Shown here: piece by piece, positions 15,132 through 20,209 of the stretch
Layout: each line of letters starts with the position of its first letter
How positions within the stretch are numbered: position 1 is the first letter of the stretch
NCBI GenBank assembly: GCA_965649215.1
Contig: CBFGJZ010000028.1
Span: 1-20,209, forward strand
Length of the DNA stretch: 20,209 nucleotides
Direction: 5' to 3'
Origin: a candidate division WOR-3 bacterium
GTDB taxonomy: Bacteria; Hydrothermota; Tepidihabitantia; Tepidihabitantales; CAIPLT01
Position numbers and translations under genes: made by a program
Notes under the pieces: model-generated
Told to the model about the DNA's origin: nothing
The model's database searches: none
The model's input: only the letters and a program-made list of their open reading frames with translations

Positions 15132-18100
15132 GTGAAAAAGATTTTTTAGATTATGATACACTCAGATTAAAATTAGCTTCTCCTGAAACAATAAGATCAT
15201 GGTCTAGTGGCGAAGTTACAAAGCCAGAAACAATTAATTATCGAACACAAAAACCAGAACGAGATGGTTTATTCTGTGAGCGTATTTTTGGACCTGTTAA
15301 TGATTATGAATGTAATTGTGGTAAATATAAAAAGATTCGTTATAAAGGAATAATATGTGACCGATGCGGTGTTGAAGTCACAACATCAGCAGTAAGAAGA
15401 GAGCGCATGGGTCATATCGATTTAGTAATACCCATTGCACATACTATTTATTATCAAGTACCACCATCCAAAATTAGTTTAATCCTAGGTCTTTCTTCCA
15501 ATGAAGTAGAATCAATCGTAAATTATGAAGTTTATATCGTACTTGAACAGGGCGAGTCTCCTTATAAATATATGGAATTGATTTCAGATGAGGAATATAG
15601 TGAAATAAAAGATAAATACGAAGGTTTCATTGCAGATACCGGCGCTCGGGCTTTAAAAATACTGTTAAATAAGTTAGACTTAGATGATCTTGCTGCGGAA
15701 TTAAGAGCACGAATTAAATTAGAAACGTCAAAACGATTCATCTTATTAAGAAGATTGAGAGTTATTGAAGCATTTCGAAGTTCTGGAGCCAAACCCGAAT
15801 GGATGATTTTAGATGTTCTACCAGTTATTCCGCCCGATTTGCGACCATTGGTACCTTTAGATGGTGGAAGATATGTTACTGCTGATTTGAATGATTTATA
15901 TAAAAGAGTGATTGTTAGAAACAATCGTTTAAAACATTTGCTATCGATAAAAACACCGGATATTATTTTACGTAATGAAAAAAGAATGTTACAGGATGCG
16001 GTTGATGCACTCTTTAATAATGAAAAGAGACCGAGACCAATTCGGGGTAAAGGAAATCGTCCCTTAAAATCTATTTGCGAGATTTTACGAGGTAAACAAG
16101 GTCGTTTTCGTCATAATTTACTTGGTAAAAGAGTTGATTATTCAGGTCGATCAGTGATTGTTGTTAATCCTAATTTACGATTATCCCAATGTTCAATACC
16201 TAAAGAAATGGCATTAGAATTATTTAAACCAATTATTTATCGTAAGTTAGAAGAAAAGGGAATTGTTGAAGGAGAAAAGAGCGCAAAGGTTCTTTATAAA
16301 AGGGAAACTCCAGAAGTTTGGGAAGTATTAGAAGAAGTTATTAGAGAACACCCCGTATTATTGAATCGTGCGCCGACTTTACATCGTGTATCGGTTCAGG
16401 CATTTTTCCCAGTATTATCAGAATATCGTGCGATTGGAATACATCCGATGGTTTGTCCACCGTTTAATGCTGATTTTGATGGCGATACCATGTCGATTCA
16501 TGTGCCATTAACTCCCGAAGCGATCTTAGAGTCAGCAATATTAATGCTTTCATCAAATAACATTTTATCACCAGCAAGCGGTAAACCTTTAATTGCACCA
16601 TCGCAAGATATTGTAGCAGGTATCTATTATCTAACGAAAACAAAGTCTGTAAAAATTAAAACAAAAAGGTATTTCGATGATTTTCAAGAAGTTCATTCTG
16701 CATGGCAATTAGGTTTGATTGATCTACATAGCCCAATTGATTTCTATTATGAAAATAAAAAATATGAGACGACAGTTGGGCGTGTACTCCTAAATGAAAT
16801 TTTACCCTCTAAGATTCGCTTTGTTAACGAAACGATTGATAAAAGTAAATTAATTGCTTTGATTGATAGATGTTATCGAATTTACCAAAGTACAGAAACC
16901 GCTGAATTGTTGGACCGAATTAAAGATTTAGGATTTTTAATTGCTACTAAATCAGGGCTTTCAATTGGTATTGATGATATAGTTACGCCTCCTGAAAAAA
17001 ATGCAATTCTCAAAAAGAGTGAAAATGAATTAAAAAAGATTAACGCTAACTACCAAAAAGGATTGATAACAGATTCAGAAAAATATAACCTCACCGTCAA
17101 TATTTGGACTTTAGCAACCGCCGAAGTAGAGGATGCTTTAATGGAGCGACTTTCAAAAGATCAAGATGGTTTTAATCCGATCTTTATATTAATTGATTCA
17201 GGAGCGAGAGGTTCTCGAACTCAAGCATCGCAAATCGGCGGCATGCGTGGTCTCATGGCAAAACCACAAAGAGGAACATCCAAAGAAGAAGTTATTGAAA
17301 CTCCTATTAAAAGTTCATTCCGCGAAGGAGTGTCAGTTTGGGAATATTTTATTTCTACTCATGGTGCTCGAAAAGGGTTAACTGATACTGCTTTAAAAAC
17401 AGCTGAAGCAGGTTATTTAACTCGTCGTTTGGTGGATGTTGCTCAAGGCGTGATTATTACTATGGAAGATTGTGGGACGATATTAGGACAAGATGTTTCG
17501 GCATTAAGAGAAGGTGGAGAAATAATTGAATCGCTATCAGAACGAATCGCGGGTCGCATTGCTTTAGATGATGTTGTAAATCCTTTGACGAAAGAAATCA
17601 TTGTCCGAGCTGGCGAAGAAATAACCGATGATTTAGCAGAAGAGATTGAAAACTCAGGTATTGAGACAGTGAAAGTGAGATCGGTTTTGACTTGTGAAGC
17701 ACCTGACGGACTATGTATTAAATGTTATGGTCGCAATTTAGCAACAGGGCGATTAGTCGAATTAGGTGAAGCGGTTGGTGTCGTTGCAGCTCAATCAATC
17801 GGTGAACCAGGAACTCAGTTAACATTAAAAACATTTCATATTGGTGGTATTGCAACCCGCATTGGAGAACAAACGAAGGCTATTGCAAAGTTTGATGGCA
17901 AAGTAAAATTTGAGGATTTGAAAATATCGCAACGAAGTGACGGTGAAATTGTAGCTTTAAATCACGGAAAATTAACTTTGAGTGGAGATGGACGCTTATT
18001 ACCATTTAGTGTTCCCAAAGGCGCAATTTTACGAGTTAAGGATAGTGAATCCATCACTAGTGGAACTACCTTATTTGAATGGGATCCATATGCGATATAT

Positions 18101-19132
18101 ATTACGGCAACCAAAAAAGGTCGCGTTAAGTATCGCGATATTGAAGCTGGTAGAACTTTATCCGAAGATATCGATGAACGATCAGAACGAATCGAACGAA
18201 TTATTGTTGAAGACCCCTTGAAAAAATTACATCCCAAATTAGTCGTGGTCGACGAAAAAGATAAAATTTTAGAAGAATACGCAATTCCTGCTGGTGCCTA
18301 TTTATTAATTAAAAATGATGCGGAAGTCTTGCCTGGTGATGTTTTAGTGAAAATATTGCAGGAATTTGGAAAAACTAAAGATATCACAGGTGGTTTACCT
18401 AAAGTTGCTGATTTATTTGAAGCAAAAGTTGTTAAAGACGCCGCAATTATTGCCGACATCGATGGTAGGATTGAAATTGGTGAACCCAAAGAGGGAAAAC
18501 GAAAAGTTAGGATTGTTTCGCAAGGTGGTGCAGTTAGAGAATATGATATTCCTTATGGACGTTATTTGTTAGTGAGTAATGGTCAAGAAGTTACAGCAGG
18601 GGATAAATTATGTGAAGGTTCAGTTGATCCACATGATATTTTACGAGTTAAAGGGTGGTTGGCGGCACAGGAGTTTTTAACTAATCAAATTCAAGCTGTA
18701 TATCGTCTCCAAAAAGTTAAAATTAATGACAAGCACATTTCTGTAATTGTGCGACAAATGCTGAGAAAAGTAAAGATTGAAGATCCAGGTGATTCACCTT
18801 TTATCGAAGGAGAAATCGTAGAACGACAAAAAGTATACGAAGAAAATGCACGGCTAAACCAAGAAAATTTACGCGCAGCGACTTATCATCCTATTCTTTT
18901 AGGAATAACTCGAGCTGCGTTGTTAACAGAAAGCTTTTTATCGGCAGCTTCTTTCCAAGAGACCACCCGCATTTTATCAGAGGCTTCAATTCAAGGACGT
19001 CGTGATAAATTGATTGGACTTAAAGAAAATGTTATCGTCGGAAGATTAGTGCCAGTTGGGACCGGTTTTAGAGATTTTATTAAGTTAGCTTCGCAGCTTG
19101 AAGAAAAAGAGAAAAAACAAGAAGTAATTTAG
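15128..19132 (+). CDS. rpoC: DNA-directed RNA polymerase beta' subunit
   Basis: Zinc finger CERIFG...CNCGKYK...CDRCGVEV, catalytic NADFDGD, bridge helix [12 protein letters not shown], and [13 protein letters not shown] overlap with rpoB. Confidence 0.99.
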   Translation: MSEKDFLDYDTLRLKLASPETIRSWSSGEVTKPETINYRTQKPERDGLFCERIFGPVNDYECNCGKYKKIRYKGIICDRCGVEVTTSAVRRERMGHIDLVIPIAHTIYYQVPPSKISLILGLSSNEVESIVNYEVYIVLEQGESPYKYMELISDEEYSEIKDKYEGFIADTGARALKILLNKLDLDDLAAELRARIKLETSKRFILLRRLRVIEAFRSSGAKPEWMILDVLPVIPPDLRPLVPLDGGRYVTADLNDLYKRVIVRNNRLKHLLSIKTPDIILRNEKRMLQDAVDALFNNEKRPRPIRGKGNRPLKSICEILRGKQGRFRHNLLGKRVDYSGRSVIVVNPNLRLSQCSIPKEMALELFKPIIYRKLEEKGIVEGEKSAKVLYKRETPEVWEVLEEVIREHPVLLNRAPTLHRVSVQAFFPVLSEYRAIGIHPMVCPPFNADFDGDTMSIHVPLTPEAILESAILMLSSNNILSPASGKPLIAPSQDIVAGIYYLTKTKSVKIKTKRYFDDFQEVHSAWQLGLIDLHSPIDFYYENKKYETTVGRVLLNEILPSKIRFVNETIDKSKLIALIDRCYRIYQSTETAELLDRIKDLGFLIATKSGLSIGIDDIVTPPEKNAILKKSENELKKINANYQKGLITDSEKYNLTVNIWTLATAEVEDALMERLSKDQDGFNPIFILIDSGARGSRTQASQIGGMRGLMAKPQRGTSKEEVIETPIKSSFREGVSVWEYFISTHGARKGLTDTALKTAEAGYLTRRLVDVAQGVIITMEDCGTILGQDVSALREGGEIIESLSERIAGRIALDDVVNPLTKEIIVRAGEEITDDLAEEIENSGIETVKVRSVLTCEAPDGLCIKCYGRNLATGRLVELGEAVGVVAAQSIGEPGTQLTLKTFHIGGIATRIGEQTKAIAKFDGKVKFEDLKISQRSDGEIVALNHGKLTLSGDGRLLPFSVPKGAILRVKDSESITSGTTLFEWDPYAIYITATKKGRVKYRDIEAGRTLSEDIDERSERIERIIVEDPLKKLHPKLVVVDEKDKILEEYAIPAGAYLLIKNDAEVLPGDVLVKILQEFGKTKDITGGLPKVADLFEAKVVKDAAIIADIDGRIEIGEPKEGKRKVRIVSQGGAVREYDIPYGRYLLVSNGQEVTAGDKLCEGSVDPHDILRVKGWLAAQEFLTNQIQAVYRLQKVKINDKHISVIVRQMLRKVKIEDPGDSPFIEGEIVERQKVYEENARLNQENLRAATYHPILLGITRAALLTESFLSAASFQETTRILSEASIQGRRDKLIGLKENVIVGRLVPVGTGFRDFIKLASQLEEKEKKQEVI

Positions 19133-19188
19133 TTAAAGATATGGAAATAAGTTTATTTAATTTATTTTACAGGAGGCAAATTTAAACA

Positions 19189-19578
19189 ATGCCAACAATA
19201 AATCAATTAGTTAGAAAAAAGAGAAAAAAGGTACCGAATATTTCGAAATCACCGGCATTGGCAGGGAATCCTCAACTACGAGGCGTGTGTACTCGTGTTT
19301 ATACGGTTACTCCGAAAAAGCCAAATTCTGCTTTGCGCAAGGTATGCAAAGTACGATTATCTTCAGGTCATGAGGTGACGGTTTATATCCCGGGTGAAGG
19401 TCATAATTTACAAGAGCACTCGATTGTGTTAGTACGGGGAGGACGGGTAAAAGATTTACCGGGTGTGCGTTATCATGTTATTCGAGGGGTTTTGGATACG
19501 GCCGGTGTTGAAAATCGAAAACAAGGACGATCTCTGTATGGTGCTAAGAAGCCTAAAGCAACAACTAAAGGAGGATAA
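19189..19578 (+). CDS. rpsL: 30S ribosomal protein S12
   Basis: Motifs [19 protein letters not shown] and [20 protein letters not shown] at 19171-19176. Confidence 0.99.
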   Translation: MPTINQLVRKKRKKVPNISKSPALAGNPQLRGVCTRVYTVTPKKPNSALRKVCKVRLSSGHEVTVYIPGEGHNLQEHSIVLVRGGRVKDLPGVRYHVIRGVLDTAGVENRKQGRSLYGAKKPKATTKGG

Positions 19579-19581
19579 TTT

Positions 19582-20052
19582 ATGTCGCGTAAGAAAAAAG
19601 CGATAAAGAGACCTATTCAACCGGATCCTAAATATAAATCAGTGTTAGTTGCACGATTTATCAATAATCTTTTTTGGGAAGGGAAAAGAACCGTTGGTCA
19701 GAAAATTGTCTATGGTGCATTAGAAAAGATTGAAAAACAGACCAAAGAGGATGGGTTAAGTGTTTTCCAACGAGCCATAAATAATGTAAAACCAATTTTA
19801 GAAGTTCGACCGCGTCGTGTCGGCGGTGCCACTTATCAAATTCCAATGGAAGTAGAGTCAGATCGACAAGAGACATTAGCAATTAAGTGGATTATTCGGG
19901 CAGCTCGAGCGCGAAGTGAATATCGTATGGTTGACCGCTTAGCGAATGAATTGATTGACGCATCCAAAAATCAAGGTGCGGCAATTAAGAAAAAAGAAGA
20001 GACACATAAAATGGCTGAAGCTAACCGCGCCTTTGCACATTATCGTTGGTAA
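19582..20052 (+). CDS. rpsG: 30S ribosomal protein S7
   Basis: Motifs EVRPRRVGGATYQIP and HKMAEANRAFAHYRW. Confidence 0.99.
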   Translation: MSRKKKAIKRPIQPDPKYKSVLVARFINNLFWEGKRTVGQKIVYGALEKIEKQTKEDGLSVFQRAINNVKPILEVRPRRVGGATYQIPMEVESDRQETLAIKWIIRAARARSEYRMVDRLANELIDASKNQGAAIKKKEETHKMAEANRAFAHYRW

Positions 20053-20092
20053 TTTTTAATGTAGAAGGGCAGAATCAATTATTGGTTAATAG

Positions 20093-20209
20093 ATGATTTA
20101 TGGGGGATTTGAATATTTTGCACCAATAATATTTAAATCTCAAATTGGTAAAATTATTAATTTCGATAATTTACCATCACCACCTTGTGTGTTAGCAGTT
20201 AATCATGTA
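20093..20209 (+). CDS. 3'-truncated probable lysophospholipid acyltransferase (PlsC-like), missed by the ORF track
   Basis: The ATG at 20093 opens a frame that runs to the window end: MIYGGFEYFAPIIFKSQIGKIINFDNLPSPPCVLAVNHV. The segment DNLP..PCVLAVNH matches the PlsC lead-in (ENLP..P.ILAANH) to the HX4D catalytic motif. Confidence 0.6.
   Translation, partial: MIYGGFEYFAPIIFKSQIGKIINFDNLPSPPCVLAVNHV

Noticed and set aside
11442..19132. Inteins, introns, frameshifts or an rpoB-rpoC fusion
   Set aside because: Both frames are continuous and of normal size, with separate stop and start codons (ATGA overlap) and no intein motifs.
2450..19882. Other short antisense or out-of-frame ORFs nested in etfAB, tuf, nusG, rpoB, rpoC and rpsG
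   Set aside because: All lie within well-supported conserved genes and show no motifs of their own.
20104..20176. Two AT-rich hairpins after rpsG as a terminator or leader RNA
   Set aside because: They are AU/GU-rich, lack a U-tail, and lie inside the probable acyltransferase reading frame.

Overview
An AT-rich bacterial chromosomal window using genetic code 11. The repeat style of the first protein suggests an FCB-superphylum lineage such as candidate division WOR-3 (inference only). Left part: the 3' end of a secreted kelch-like beta-propeller protein with a T9SS-type C-terminal sorting domain, a strong terminator, a ~180-bp degenerate 12-bp-periodic element with a GC-rich palindromic core, a convergent etfB-etfA-(Fe-S CCG/heterodisulfide-reductase-like) operon, and a divergent 799-aa TPR protein. 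Right part: the conserved core cluster tRNA-Thr/Tyr/Gly/Thr-tuf-rpmG-tRNA-Trp-secE-nusG-rplKAJL-rpoBC-rpsL-rpsG. After rpsG comes the 5' end of a probable PlsC-type acyltransferase instead of fusA. Most of the window is housekeeping. The most unusual items are the 12-bp-periodic palindromic element, the tRNA-Trp overlapping the rpmG stop codon, a rod-like inverted repeat between rplL and rpoB, a remodelled EF-Tu switch I, substitutions in normally conserved RNA polymerase motifs, and the broken str operon. I see no mobile element, CRISPR array or defence system, and cannot claim a clear new multi-gene system.
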